A stretch of DNA of 64,000 nucleotides, from assembly GCA_005893225.1 (NCBI GenBank), contig VBOT01000053.1, forward strand, positions 3,462 to 67,461, in the 5' to 3' direction. Below, piece after piece: positions 9,121 through 19,070 of the stretch. The position numbers and the translations under genes are program-made. Source of the stretch: Candidatus Eiseniibacteriota bacterium. Lineage in GTDB: Bacteria > Eisenbacteria > RBG-16-71-46. How positions within the stretch are numbered: position 1 is the first letter of the stretch; each line of letters begins with the position of its first letter. Under the pieces are notes generated by a model. That model saw nothing but the letters and a program-made list of their open reading frames with translations. It was not told where the DNA came from and ran no database searches.

Positions 9121-10122
9121 GTGACGCTGGAAACCGGCACTTCCGACCTCAAGGCCGTCGAGGCGCTCAAGCAGGCCCGCGAGCGCATCCTCGCCGAGCT
9201 GCGCAAGGTGATCGTGGGGCAGGATCAGGTGGTGGAGCAGCTCCTCACCGCCCTCTTCGCGAACGGTCACGTGCTGCTGGTGGGCGTGCCGGGACTCGCG
9301 AAGACGCTGCTCATCTCGAGCCTCGCGCGCGTGCTCGACCTCAAGTTCAGCCGCATCCAGTTCACGCCCGACCTGATGCCGAGCGACATCACCGGCACCG
9401 ACGTGATCGAGGAGGACCAGGCCACCGGCAAGCGCACGTTCCGCTTCATCCAGGGGCCGGTGTTCGCCAACATCCTCCTGGCGGACGAGATCAACCGCAC
9501 TCCCCCCAAGACGCAGGCGGCGCTGCTCCAGGCGATGCAGGAGAAGGAAGTGACGGCGGGCGGCCAGACCATGAAGCTCACGCTCCCGTTCTTCGTGCTC
9601 GCCACCCAGAACCCGATCGAGCTCGAGGGAACGTACCCGCTGCCGGAGGCGCAGCTCGACCGCTTCATGTTCAACGTCCTGGTCGACTATCCCTCGGAAG
9701 CGGAGGAGGAGAAGATCGTCGCCGCGACCACGTCGGACTACGAGGCGCGGCTCGAGCGGGTGCTCGGCGGGGCCGATATCCTCGAGCTCCAGAAGCTGAT
9801 CCGGCGCGTCCCGGTGGCCGACCACGTGGTGCGCTACGCGGTGCGCCTGGCGCGCGCCACGCGCGGGCGCGAGGGCGCTCCCCCGTTCGTCAAGCAATGG
9901 GTGTCGTGGGGGGCGGGGCCGCGCGCCTCGCAGTACCTGGTGCTGGGCGCCAAGACGCGCGCGGTGCTGCTGGGGCGCTACGCTCCGGGCATCGAGGACG
10001 TGAAGGCGGTGGCCCCCGCGGTCCTCCGTCACCGCATCATCAGCAACTTCACGGCCGAGGCCGAGGGCATCCGCCCCGAACGCATCATCGAGGACCTGCT
10101 CCACACGGTCCCGAGCGAGTGA
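9121..10122 (+). CDS. MoxR-family AAA+ ATPase
   Basis: Walker A GVPGLAKT, Walker B ILLADEINR, and VLATQNPIELEGTYPLPEAQLDRF as in MoxR/RavA. Confidence 0.9.
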   Translation: MTLETGTSDLKAVEALKQARERILAELRKVIVGQDQVVEQLLTALFANGHVLLVGVPGLAKTLLISSLARVLDLKFSRIQFTPDLMPSDITGTDVIEEDQATGKRTFRFIQGPVFANILLADEINRTPPKTQAALLQAMQEKEVTAGGQTMKLTLPFFVLATQNPIELEGTYPLPEAQLDRFMFNVLVDYPSEAEEEKIVAATTSDYEARLERVLGGADILELQKLIRRVPVADHVVRYAVRLARATRGREGAPPFVKQWVSWGAGPRASQYLVLGAKTRAVLLGRYAPGIEDVKAVAPAVLRHRIISNFTAEAEGIRPERIIEDLLHTVPSE

Positions 10123-10156
10123 GGGGCGAGGTGCGCCCCGGCCGGCCCGGAGCCGC

Positions 10157-11572
10157 GTGATGCCCGACCGGAGACGGGAATCGAGGGGGGCGAGCGGCGG
10201 AACCGCCGTGGCGCCGAGGGCCCTGGCACTCGAGGGAGCCGAGACCCACCTCAAGCGCCAGATCGGCCTCTACGCCGCGACCGCGATCACGGTCGGCAAC
10301 ATCATCGGCTCGGGGATCTTCCGCTCGCCGCACTCCGTGGCGCAGCACATCAGCGCCTTTCCGCTCGTCATCCTGGCGTGGGTGATCGGCGGCGTGCTGT
10401 CGCTGTGCGGCTCGCTCGCCCTGGCCGAGCTGGCGGTCACCCACCCGCGCACCGGCGGGCTCTACGTGTTCATCCGCGAGGGCTTCGGCGACGCCCGGGC
10501 GTTCGTGTTCGGCTGGTCCAACCTGTGGGTCATCAAGCCGACCGTCATCGCCTCGATCACCACCGTGTTCGCGCTCTACTTCTGCCAGGTCCTCCACTGG
10601 CCCAAGGCCGCCGAGTTCCCGGTGGGCGCGGCGGCGATCCTGCTCCTCACCTTCGTCAACTGGCTCGGCGTGCGGCAGGGCGCCGGGACGCAGTCGCTGT
10701 TCACCACCGCCAAGGTGATCGGCATCCTCGCGCTGTGCATCGCGGCGTTCACGGTGCCGGCCACCTATCGAGCGAGCGCGATGGGCGCGGCTCCGGCGCT
10801 GGAGACGCGCTCGTTCCTCTCGGCCCTGGCGCTGGCCATGATCTCGATCCTCTTCGCCTACGATGGCTGGACCGATTCCACCTACGTCGCGGGCGAGATC
10901 GTCGAACCGAAGCGCACCTTGCCGATCGCGATCGTGTGGGGCACCTGGCTCGTGATCGCGGTCTACGTGCTCACCAACGTCGCCTACTTCCACGTGCTCG
11001 GCGCCGAGGGCGTGGCGCGCTACGAGGCGGTGGGCTCGGAGACCATCCACCGCCTGCTCGGCGACTGGGGGGCGCGGGCGCTCGCCGTCCTGGTGGCGGT
11101 CTCGACCTTCGGCACCATCAACGGCGCCGTCTTGACCGGACCGCGCGTGACCCAGGCCATGGCGGCGGACGGCTTGCTGTGGAAGCCGCTCGCGCGACTC
11201 GACCCGGCCCGCGGGACGCCGGCGATGGCGCTGTGGGTGCAAGGCGTGCTCTCGTGCGTGTGGCTGTGGTGCGCGAGCGGGTTCGAGGACGTCTCGGGCT
11301 GGTTCGTGACCACGTCCTGGCTGTTCTACGCGCTCACCACCGCGTCGCTCTTCGTCCAGCGCCGGCGCGAGGCGCGCGGCGAGATCGCGCAGCCGTCCTA
11401 CCGGACGCCGCTCTATCCGTGGACGCCGATCCTGTTCGTGCTCGCCACCGCCCTGATCATCGCCAGCGACCTGCACGACAGCGGCTGGAAGGCCTGGGCG
11501 GGGGTGGGGATCGCTGCACTCGGCTTCCCTGTCTACTACCTGTGGAAGGGGCGGGGCCCGCGAACGGCCTGA
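10157..11572 (+). CDS. APC-superfamily amino acid permease
   Basis: 12-TM profile with IGSGIF motif (AITVGNIIGSGIFRSP). True start is probably a few codons downstream. Confidence 0.8.
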   Translation: MMPDRRRESRGASGGTAVAPRALALEGAETHLKRQIGLYAATAITVGNIIGSGIFRSPHSVAQHISAFPLVILAWVIGGVLSLCGSLALAELAVTHPRTGGLYVFIREGFGDARAFVFGWSNLWVIKPTVIASITTVFALYFCQVLHWPKAAEFPVGAAAILLLTFVNWLGVRQGAGTQSLFTTAKVIGILALCIAAFTVPATYRASAMGAAPALETRSFLSALALAMISILFAYDGWTDSTYVAGEIVEPKRTLPIAIVWGTWLVIAVYVLTNVAYFHVLGAEGVARYEAVGSETIHRLLGDWGARALAVLVAVSTFGTINGAVLTGPRVTQAMAADGLLWKPLARLDPARGTPAMALWVQGVLSCVWLWCASGFEDVSGWFVTTSWLFYALTTASLFVQRRREARGEIAQPSYRTPLYPWTPILFVLATALIIASDLHDSGWKAWAGVGIAALGFPVYYLWKGRGPRTA

Positions 11573-11583
11573 GCGAGCGTGTC

Positions 11584-12357
11584 ATGGGATCCGAAACCAT
11601 CAGCGATTACATCGAGCCCGAGCTCTACGACGCCATCTACTCGTGGTACCGGGAGGATCCCGCCTTCTACCTGGAGACCGCGCGCGCGGCCGGCGGCCCG
11701 GTGCTGGAGGTGGGCTGCGGCACCGGAAGGCTCCTGATCCCCACGCTCGAGGCGGGCGCGGAAATCGACGGGATCGACCTGAGCCCCGGCATGCTCGAGG
11801 TGCTGCGACGGAAGGCGGCCGCGCGGGGGCTCCAGGCCAGGGTGGCGGTCGGGGACATGCGCGACTTCACCATGCCGCGGCGCTACGCGCTGATCACGAT
11901 CCCGTTCCGGACCTTCCTGCACAACCTCACCGCCGAGGACCAGATCGCGACCCTGCGGTGCTGCCGGGAGCACCTCGAGCCGGGCGGGGCGCTGGTGCTC
12001 AACCTGTTCCACCTGGATTTCGCGCGGGTGATCGCCCGCGAGAAGGAGGAGCGAACCCTGGAGCGCGAGCTGGTCCATCCCGAGAGCGGGCTCCCGATGA
12101 AGATCTTCTCGCGCCACCGCTACGACCGCGTGAACCAGATCCTGGATGCCGACAAGGAGATCCAGGTCCTCGACGAGCACGGCGCGGTCGCCTCGACCCA
12201 TGCTCACCGCTTCCGCCTGCGCTGGATCTACAAGGCGGAGATGGAGCTGCTGCTGCGGCTCGCGGGCTTCAACCGCTGGCAGGTGTGGGGCGGATTCGAC
12301 CGGCGCCCGCTCGCCAGGGACACCGACGAGATGGTGTGGACGGCATGGAAGGATTGA
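11584..12357 (+). CDS. class I SAM-dependent methyltransferase
   Basis: Motif I VLEVGCGTG and motif II IDGIDLS are present. The reported ORF 10378.. is a 5' artefact; ATG 11584 sits directly after the permease stop. Confidence 0.8.
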   Translation: MGSETISDYIEPELYDAIYSWYREDPAFYLETARAAGGPVLEVGCGTGRLLIPTLEAGAEIDGIDLSPGMLEVLRRKAAARGLQARVAVGDMRDFTMPRRYALITIPFRTFLHNLTAEDQIATLRCCREHLEPGGALVLNLFHLDFARVIAREKEERTLERELVHPESGLPMKIFSRHRYDRVNQILDADKEIQVLDEHGAVASTHAHRFRLRWIYKAEMELLLRLAGFNRWQVWGGFDRRPLARDTDEMVWTAWKD

Positions 12358-12914
12358 GCGCAGGAGAGCTTCGCAGCCCCGCGGCGCCCCTCCCCTCGCC
12401 CTACGACGACGGCGCGCTGCGCGACTTCTCGCTGCCGCGCCGCTACACGCTGGTCACGATCCCATTCAACGCCTTCCTCCACAACCTCACGACCGAGGAC
12501 CAGCTCGCCACGCTCTGCCGCTGTCGCGACCACCTGGCCCCGGGAGGGGCCCTGGTGGTGCATGCTTCGCTCTTCACCAGCCCGGAGATCCTTTCCTCGA
12601 CGAACACTCCGATTCTCGAGCTCGAGACCGTCGATCCCGGGACCGGGCACACGCTCCAGCACTACGACACCCGCTCGATCGACCCGGTGAACCAGATCCA
12701 GCACTCGACCAACGAGGTCCGCGAGCTCGACCGTGATGGGCCCCTGGTGTCGTCGCGCCGGACCGAGACCGCGGTGCGCTGGGTCAACCGGGCCGAGTTC
12801 GAGCTGCTGCTGCGGGTTGCGGGGTTCACCCGCTGGGAGCTCTACGGCGGCTTCCGGCGCGAGCCGCTCGACGTCGAGCACCAGCAGATGGTGGCCTTCG
12901 CGTGGAAGGATTAA
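12345..12914 (+). pseudogene. 5'-truncated paralog of the upstream methyltransferase (lacks the SAM-binding motifs I and II)
   Basis: About 55% identical to the C-terminal 180 aa of the 11584..12357 product (DFSLPRRYTLVTIPFNAFLHNLTTEDQLATL vs DFTMPRRYALITIPFRTFLHNLTAEDQIATL). Starts 13 nt inside the upstream gene. No GxGxG motif. Confidence 0.6.
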
Positions 12915-12966
12915 GGGTGGCGATCCGCCTGCGCCGCTTGCGCGCACCGGACGAGGAGGTCCGCTC

Positions 12967-13935
12967 GTGACCGGCTCGTTCCCGCGCGCCTCGTCCGGAG
13001 CCCAGCCGGACCGCGGGCTCGCCGGCGCGCGCGGCGCGGGAGGGGCGCGGCAGTTCCTCGACCCGGCCGTGGTGGCGCGCCTCGCGCACCTCGACGTGCG
13101 GGCCCGCCTGGTGGTGGAGGGCTTCATCGCGGGGATGCATCGCAGCCCGTTCCACGGCTTCAGCATCGAGTTCGCGGAGCACCGCCCCTACATGCCCGGC
13201 GACCCGCTCAAGAACCTGGACTGGAAGGTGTGGGCGCGGAGCGATCGCTACCTGGTGAAGCAGTACACCGAGGAGACCAACCTGCGCTGCCACCTGCTGC
13301 TCGACCTCTCGGGCTCGATGGGCTTCCGGTCCGAGCGGGCCTCGATGAGCAAGCTCGAGTACGCGCAGTCGCTGGCGGCGGCGCTCGCCTACCTGATGCT
13401 CCACCAGCAGGACGCGGTGGGCACGCTCCTGTTCGCCGACCGGCCGCTGGCCTACGTCCCGGCGCGCGCGGTCCGCTCGCACCTGGACGTCCTGCTCAAG
13501 ACGCTCGGCACGCTCGTGCCGCAGGGACGCACGCGCCTCGGCCCCGCGCTCCACGAGCTGGCCGAGCGCATCAAGCGGCGCGGGCTCATCATCCTGTGCT
13601 CCGACCTCATGGACCTGCCCGCCGAGGTGCTCTCGGGGCTCCAGCACTTCCGCCACCGGCACCACGAGGTGATCGTGTTCCACATCCTCGACCCGGACGA
13701 GACCGACTTCCCCTACACCGACACCGCGACTTTCGTGGACATGGAGAGCGGCGAGCGGCTCACCACCGAGCCCTGGGAGATCGCGCGGCGCTACCGCGAG
13801 CGGCTCGCGGCCTGGAGCGAGCAGTACCAGCGCAACTGCCGCGAGCGGCGCATCGACTACGTGCGGCTCGACACGCGCACGCCGTTCGACCGGGCCCTGC
13901 TCGCCTATCTCGAGAAGCGCGCGAGGCTCCTGTGA
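12967..13935 (+). CDS. DUF58 domain protein (MoxR-associated, vWA-like)
   Basis: RSPFHGFSIEFAEHRPYMPGDPLKNLDWKVWARSDRYLVKQYTEE is the DUF58 hallmark. GTG 12967 is preceded by AGGAGG. Confidence 0.85.
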   Translation: MTGSFPRASSGAQPDRGLAGARGAGGARQFLDPAVVARLAHLDVRARLVVEGFIAGMHRSPFHGFSIEFAEHRPYMPGDPLKNLDWKVWARSDRYLVKQYTEETNLRCHLLLDLSGSMGFRSERASMSKLEYAQSLAAALAYLMLHQQDAVGTLLFADRPLAYVPARAVRSHLDVLLKTLGTLVPQGRTRLGPALHELAERIKRRGLIILCSDLMDLPAEVLSGLQHFRHRHHEVIVFHILDPDETDFPYTDTATFVDMESGERLTTEPWEIARRYRERLAAWSEQYQRNCRERRIDYVRLDTRTPFDRALLAYLEKRARLL

Positions 13936-14555
13936 CGCTGCGGATCGCCGCGGCGGCAGCCTTGATCCTGGGCCTGACGACGCTGCTGCTCTATCTCCAC
14001 GGGATCGGCAAGGGGCCGTGGGCCGACCCGGCCGCGCGCAACCTGCGCCGGATGAAGGAACGCGCCTGGCCCCCGGCCGCCACCGAGCCCTTCACCATCG
14101 CCGCCATGACGGCGCTGCCGCGGTGGGCGGGGCTGTCCGTGTACGCCCCCATCGAGCGGCGCGGCGTGGCGGTCGAGGGCTACGTCCAGCGCATGGTGCG
14201 CGCCGGGGACGACGACATCCACCTGGACTTCGCCCCCGAGACCCGGGGGTCCGAAGGCCCGCTCGTCCCTTTCCTCTCCGCCGAGATCACACCGGCATGG
14301 CACCGTGGCTCGACGGCCTGGCGCTACCCGCGCCTCGTCGAGGCGCTGCGGCCGATCTTCGGCGGCGTCACGCAGTGGGACCAGCCGCCGCGCCGCGTGC
14401 GCCTGAGCGGCTGGCTGATGTACGACTATCCGTTCGAGGGAAGCCCCCCGAAGGGCGGGTTCCCCAGGCACGTCTCGTTCTGGGAGATCCACCCGGTCAC
14501 GGGAGTGGAGCTCTGGGATGACTCGCTCGCCAGGTTCGTGGAGTACCCGCGTTGA
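13932..14555 (+). CDS. hypothetical membrane-anchored protein inside the MoxR/BatA operon
   Basis: GTG start overlaps the DUF58 stop. N-terminal TM helix AAAALILGLTTLLLYL. No recognisable family. Confidence 0.5.
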   Translation: MTLRIAAAAALILGLTTLLLYLHGIGKGPWADPAARNLRRMKERAWPPAATEPFTIAAMTALPRWAGLSVYAPIERRGVAVEGYVQRMVRAGDDDIHLDFAPETRGSEGPLVPFLSAEITPAWHRGSTAWRYPRLVEALRPIFGGVTQWDQPPRRVRLSGWLMYDYPFEGSPPKGGFPRHVSFWEIHPVTGVELWDDSLARFVEYPR

Positions 14556-16666
14556 GCTTTCTCAACCCGCTGTTCCTCTTCGGGCTCCTCGCGGCCGCGA
14601 TCCCGGTCATCATCCATCTCTTCACCCGCCGCCGGCCGCGCGAGGTGCCCTTCCCCTCGCTCGAGTTCCTCTCGGAGGTGAACCAGAGCGAGATCCGCCG
14701 GCTCAGGCTCAAGCAATGGCTGTTGCTGCTGCTGCGCACGCTGGCGATCGTGGCGATCGCGCTGGCGATCGCGCGCCCGGCGGTGAGAGGCAGCGTGGGG
14801 CCGAGGAGCGGAGCGGCGACCACCGTGGTGGTGCTGGTCGACCAGAGCGGAAGCATGGGGGCGGCGGCGGTGGGAAGCACCGGGGGCCCAGCGAGCGCCG
14901 GCCCGGCGAGCGCGAGTGGGACCCTGCTCGGCGAGGCGAAGCGCGCGATCGAGGACGTGCTCTCCACCCTCGGCCCCGCGGACGAGCTCCTGCTCGTCCC
15001 CTACGATCGGGCGCCGCACCCGGCCACGCCGCGGCCGAGCTCGGACCTGGGCCGCCTGCGGGCTGCGGTCCAGGGCCTCGCCCCCACGGCCTACACCACC
15101 GATCATCGCCAGGCGCTCGAGTTCGCCGCCAGCGCGCTGGCCCATTCGAACGCGCTGAACCGCGAGCTGTTCTGGGTCTCCGATTTCCAGGCCGCGGGGT
15201 TCGCGGGCCCCGGAGACGCCGGGCCTTCCGCCGCGATCGTCGCGCCGGCCGGGCCGTGGCAGCAGTCGCGGGCCTACCTGATCCCGATCGCCCCGCGCAG
15301 TCCCGCCAACGTGGGGCTCTCCGACGCCGCGCTCTCGCCGGCCGAGACCGAGATCGGGCTCTCGGTGACGGCCTCGAGCTACGGCGCGCGTCCCGGGGAC
15401 CTGGCGGTCGAGGTGCGCGACCTCGAGGGCCAGGCCGAGCTGGGGCGCGGATTCCTGAACCTGCCCGAGCGCGGCGAAGCCACGACGCTGCTGCCGCTCG
15501 CGCGCCTCCCCAGGGAGGGCGGCGCGGTGGTGGTTCCCGACGATGCGCTCGGGCTCGACAACCGCCGCGTGTTCGCGGCCGGGCGCGCCGGGACACTCAA
15601 GGTGCTGGTGCGCGAGGACGGGCCGCCCTCCGCGCTGCGGTTGGCGCTCGAGGCCGGCTCCCCGGCCTCCGGGATCGCGGTCGAGACGGTCGGCGGGGCC
15701 GAGCTGGCCCAGGCCGCGCGCGACGCCGATGCCGTCGTGCTCAACGATCTCGAGCGCCTCGGAGCGGCCGAGCTCCAGGCCGTGCTCGACTTCTATCGCG
15801 GCGGTGGCGGCGTGCTCGTGGTGCTCGGGGACCGCGCCGATCCCGGGTTCTGGAACTCCGCCGTGCTCGGCGAGCTCGGCGCCGGACGGCTTGGAGGGCT
15901 GGACCAGGCGCCCACCGGGAGCGCGTGGCGCCTGATGCGCGCCACCGCCGGACACCCGGTGCTGACGGGATTCCCGGCCCGGCCCGGCGAGCCGCTCTCG
16001 ACCGCGCGCTTCACGGCGATCCGCGCCTTCGCGCCGGCTCCCGGCACCCGCACCTTGCTCGAGTTCGACCGCGCCCACCCGGCGCTCCTTGAAGCGCCGC
16101 GCGCATTGATCTTCGCGGCCTCCCTCGAGCCGAGCCGCTCGGACTTCCCGGTGAGCGGCGCCTACCTGCCGCTGCTCCATCAGGCGGTCAAGGTGCTCGG
16201 CCGCGGCACCGCCGCCTCGTCGCTCGTTCCCGGCGACCGCTACAGCTTCCCGGCCGGGACCGGAGCCTGGCGCATCGAGGACGAGCAGGGCCGCGAGATC
16301 CCCTCCGAGCTCGCGGCCGAGCGCGGCGCCACGCGGCTGCGCTCGGATCCGCTCGAGCACCCCGGCCTCTACCGCGTGATGCAGGGCGGCACGATGCGCA
16401 GCACCTTCGCCGTCAACCCGGATCCGCGAGAGTCCGACCTCACCCCGGTTCCCGAGCGCGCGATGGTCAGGGCGTTCCCTCCGGGCCGGGCCCAGGTGGT
16501 GCGCCCGGGCGAGAACCTGGCGCGGCGGGTGCGCGAGGCGCGCTACGGCCGCGAGCTATGGAGTTGGTTCATCGTGATGGCCCTGGTGCTGCTCGCGGCC
16601 GAGACCGTGATCGGGCGGTGGGGGCTCGGCAGTCGCGTGCCCGAAGCGGTGGGGGCGGGTGCGTAG
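14552..16666 (+). CDS. BatA-like protein (N-terminal double-TM aerotolerance domain plus vWA-like region)
   Basis: MSFLNPLFLFGLLAAAIPVIIHLF...LRTLAIVAIALAIARP is the BatA N-terminal motif. Start overlaps the upstream stop. Confidence 0.8.
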   Translation: MSFLNPLFLFGLLAAAIPVIIHLFTRRRPREVPFPSLEFLSEVNQSEIRRLRLKQWLLLLLRTLAIVAIALAIARPAVRGSVGPRSGAATTVVVLVDQSGSMGAAAVGSTGGPASAGPASASGTLLGEAKRAIEDVLSTLGPADELLLVPYDRAPHPATPRPSSDLGRLRAAVQGLAPTAYTTDHRQALEFAASALAHSNALNRELFWVSDFQAAGFAGPGDAGPSAAIVAPAGPWQQSRAYLIPIAPRSPANVGLSDAALSPAETEIGLSVTASSYGARPGDLAVEVRDLEGQAELGRGFLNLPERGEATTLLPLARLPREGGAVVVPDDALGLDNRRVFAAGRAGTLKVLVREDGPPSALRLALEAGSPASGIAVETVGGAELAQAARDADAVVLNDLERLGAAELQAVLDFYRGGGGVLVVLGDRADPGFWNSAVLGELGAGRLGGLDQAPTGSAWRLMRATAGHPVLTGFPARPGEPLSTARFTAIRAFAPAPGTRTLLEFDRAHPALLEAPRALIFAASLEPSRSDFPVSGAYLPLLHQAVKVLGRGTAASSLVPGDRYSFPAGTGAWRIEDEQGREIPSELAAERGATRLRSDPLEHPGLYRVMQGGTMRSTFAVNPDPRESDLTPVPERAMVRAFPPGRAQVVRPGENLARRVREARYGRELWSWFIVMALVLLAAETVIGRWGLGSRVPEAVGAGA

Positions 16667-16711
16667 GCGTCCCATGACGCCTCTCCCTTCTTCGCGTGGC
16701 TGACCGAGATC

Positions 16712-17533
16712 ATGAACCACCACTTTGCGGAGCTGGGCGACGTGTGGAAGCACTTGCCGCTTGCCGAGGTCCTGCGCGTGAATCCGCCGCGTCTGTACTG
16801 GGAGACGCACGCTGGCTCGGCGTCATACCTCCTGACGGAGAGCCCGTCGCGACTGCACGGGGCTCTTCGATTCTTGGCGCTCGCTCCGGACGATCCAGCT
16901 CTCGAGGGCTGCGCGTACCTCAAGGCGCTCATGGACGTGCCGGGGTTGTATCCAGGTTCTGCGACGCTTGCGATGCGAGCTCTCGGAACGAGCGCGACGT
17001 ACGTCCTTTGCGACGTCGATCCTGAGAGCGCGGCTACCCTGCGAGCTGCTGGCGCAGGTCTCGACGTGCGCGTTGTCGACACCGACGGCGTCTCGGCGAT
17101 CGAACGTGAGGCGCACCTTGCTCGCGTGAATGCTCGAGACGTCCTGGTTCATGTCGATCCGTTTGATCCGTTCGAGCGCGTCACGCCTGACAGTAAGACG
17201 CCAGTGGAGCTGGCGGGGTGGCTTGCTGACGCAGGCTACCGGCTCATGTATTGGTATGGCTACGACTCTGTGGAGCGGCGCGGGTGGGCGCGCGACGTGA
17301 TCGCCAGGCTTGCCCCGCATGCCGAACTTTGGTGCGGGGATGCACTGATCCCGGCTTCGTTGGTCTACCCGGAGAGGTCGGGCGCTTGGGGTTGTGGGGT
17401 GGTGCTGGCGAATGCCACGGCGGAGGAGGTGCGCGCCTGCGAGCGGCTGGGGCGCGGGCTCGAGCGGGTGAGCGAGACGGACGTTGTCGAGGGCAACGAT
17501 CCTTCGCGGCTTTCGTTCGCCGTGATGGCGTGA
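16712..17533 (+). CDS. RlmJ-like (DUF519) putative adenine-N6 methyltransferase with divergent motif IV
   Basis: Aligns to E. coli RlmJ: FAELGDVWKH / FHAGNHADVLKH; ETHAGSASY / DTHAGAGRY; YPGSATLAMRAL / YPGSPLIARLLL. The catalytic DPPY is replaced by DPFDPF. Confidence 0.6.
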   Translation: MNHHFAELGDVWKHLPLAEVLRVNPPRLYWETHAGSASYLLTESPSRLHGALRFLALAPDDPALEGCAYLKALMDVPGLYPGSATLAMRALGTSATYVLCDVDPESAATLRAAGAGLDVRVVDTDGVSAIEREAHLARVNARDVLVHVDPFDPFERVTPDSKTPVELAGWLADAGYRLMYWYGYDSVERRGWARDVIARLAPHAELWCGDALIPASLVYPERSGAWGCGVVLANATAEEVRACERLGRGLERVSETDVVEGNDPSRLSFAVMA

Positions 17534-17803
17534 AGTTGCAGCCGACGCCTCACTCAGTCGATCACGACCGCCGCAGCCACCACTAACCTCAGTTGAGCAG
17601 AAAATCGAAGCGCATCGAACTTCGTGATTGAAAAAAGGCCTCTCGTTGTGGTTTGAAAGGGCTGTTGCGAGCAGTTCCTCTCACCCCAACGAAAGGCCAT
17701 GAACGATGAGGCGAACAGCGATGTATCAAGCAGAATGAGCCGCTCAGGAACCGAGGGGGCGCGCCTCTCCGAGTCGGTCGACGGATCGAGGCGATCGAGG
17801 ACG

Positions 17804-18553
17804 TTAGAAGGCGGCGAGCAACGCCTGCACGCGGCAGAAGGCCGCGACGGCATCGGGCCCGCGTGCCAGCGCCAGGATCCAGCGCGGTCCGATGTTGAAC
17901 CAATGGAGCCGGAGCTTCTTGAGCTGATCGGCGTGCCATTCCACCCCCAACAACAGGAGCTTGAAGGCTTGCGCCAGGTTGTAGGCGATGCCCGCGATCA
18001 GGAGCCACGCCCAGTTGGCGAGGAAGCGCTGCGAGGGCAGATGGGCGGCGCCCAGTCCGTTTTTGAACTCCTCGAGGTAGTTCTCCATCCCGCCGCGGGT
18101 CAGGTGGTAGCGGATCAGGCTACTGCCCGCTCCGACGAGGTTGGTGATGACGGCGGTATAGAAGTACTCGCCGATGACGCGCTGCTCCTTCTCGTACCAC
18201 GGCGTGCGCTTGACCAGCAGCCGGTGCTCGCGCGACCAGCCGTTGGGCTGATAGCGGAACTCGGTCCACTCGGCTTCGTTCTCCCACGGATAGGCGGACC
18301 AGACGCTCTCGGGAAGCGCGTCAATCGCGGGCCGCAGACGTTCGGTCAGCTTGGCGCTGATGCTAAAGCCGAGCCCGCGGGTGACGCACAGCTGCTCCAC
18401 CTGGCGGTGCATAGAAGCCGGCGTCCATCCGGAGGCGCACCCGTCGCTCGGCCGGAGCCGCCTTGAGTACTTGCCGTAGGAACGGCACCGCGCCGTCGCT
18501 CGAGGTGCGCTGGCCGGCGCGCAGTCGCGCTCCCAGCAGCACCCGCTCCTCAT
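17804..18553 (-). pseudogene. transposase C-terminal part (frameshifted)
   Basis: Continues the same protein in another frame, overlapping the N-terminal ORF by ~190 nt (...YFYTAVITNLVG...). Confidence 0.55.
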
Positions 18554-19070
18554 AGGCGAAGGCCAGGAACGGATGGTAACCCCGCACCTTGCGATAGCTG
18601 TAGCGCGCTCCCTCTTTGAGGTAGCCGTGGACCTCGAAGATCGAGCTGTCGGCGTCCACGGTGAGGGGGCTCGAGCCGCCGACGCGCGCGAGGATCGTGC
18701 CGGCCGCGCGCCGCTGAATGCGCTCGAGCTGGTAGATGTGACCGAGCGAGAAGGTACGCAGGCGCTCGCCCGCGGTGGTGGGAGCCGGGACCTCGAGGCC
18801 GTAGCACAGCTCGCGCGTCACGGTTTCATCGCGCAGCACCTGCAGGTCGCTCAAGCTGTCGCCCCCGACCAGGAAGTTCGACGCCAATCCCAGCACGAAG
18901 TCCTCGATCGGAATGCCGCGCCGGCGCTTCTTGACGGTGAGGGTGCGGAGGTCCTGGGTCAAGCCGAGCTTGTGAGCGAGATCGAATACGAATCGCAAGC
19001 CGGCGAACGAGGTGGTGTGGTGTGCAGCAGATTGGAAGTTGACGCGGCGGAGACGGCGTGGAATCTTCAC
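18363..19070 (-). pseudogene. transposase N-terminal part (frameshifted)
   Basis: MKIPRRLRRVNFQSAAHHTTSFAGLRFVFDLAHKLGL...VRGYHPFLAFAYEERVLLGARLRAGQ...RLRMDAGFYA. Confidence 0.6.

Noticed and set aside
10378-12357. Long 5' extensions of tracked ORFs (also 11643, 12733, 13230, 32342, 44252-46897, 45472-47535, 51823-53667, 56835-59930, 60265-62556)
   Set aside because: Each overlaps a better-supported upstream gene in another frame. The true starts, with RBS or start/stop overlaps, are internal as given in the features.
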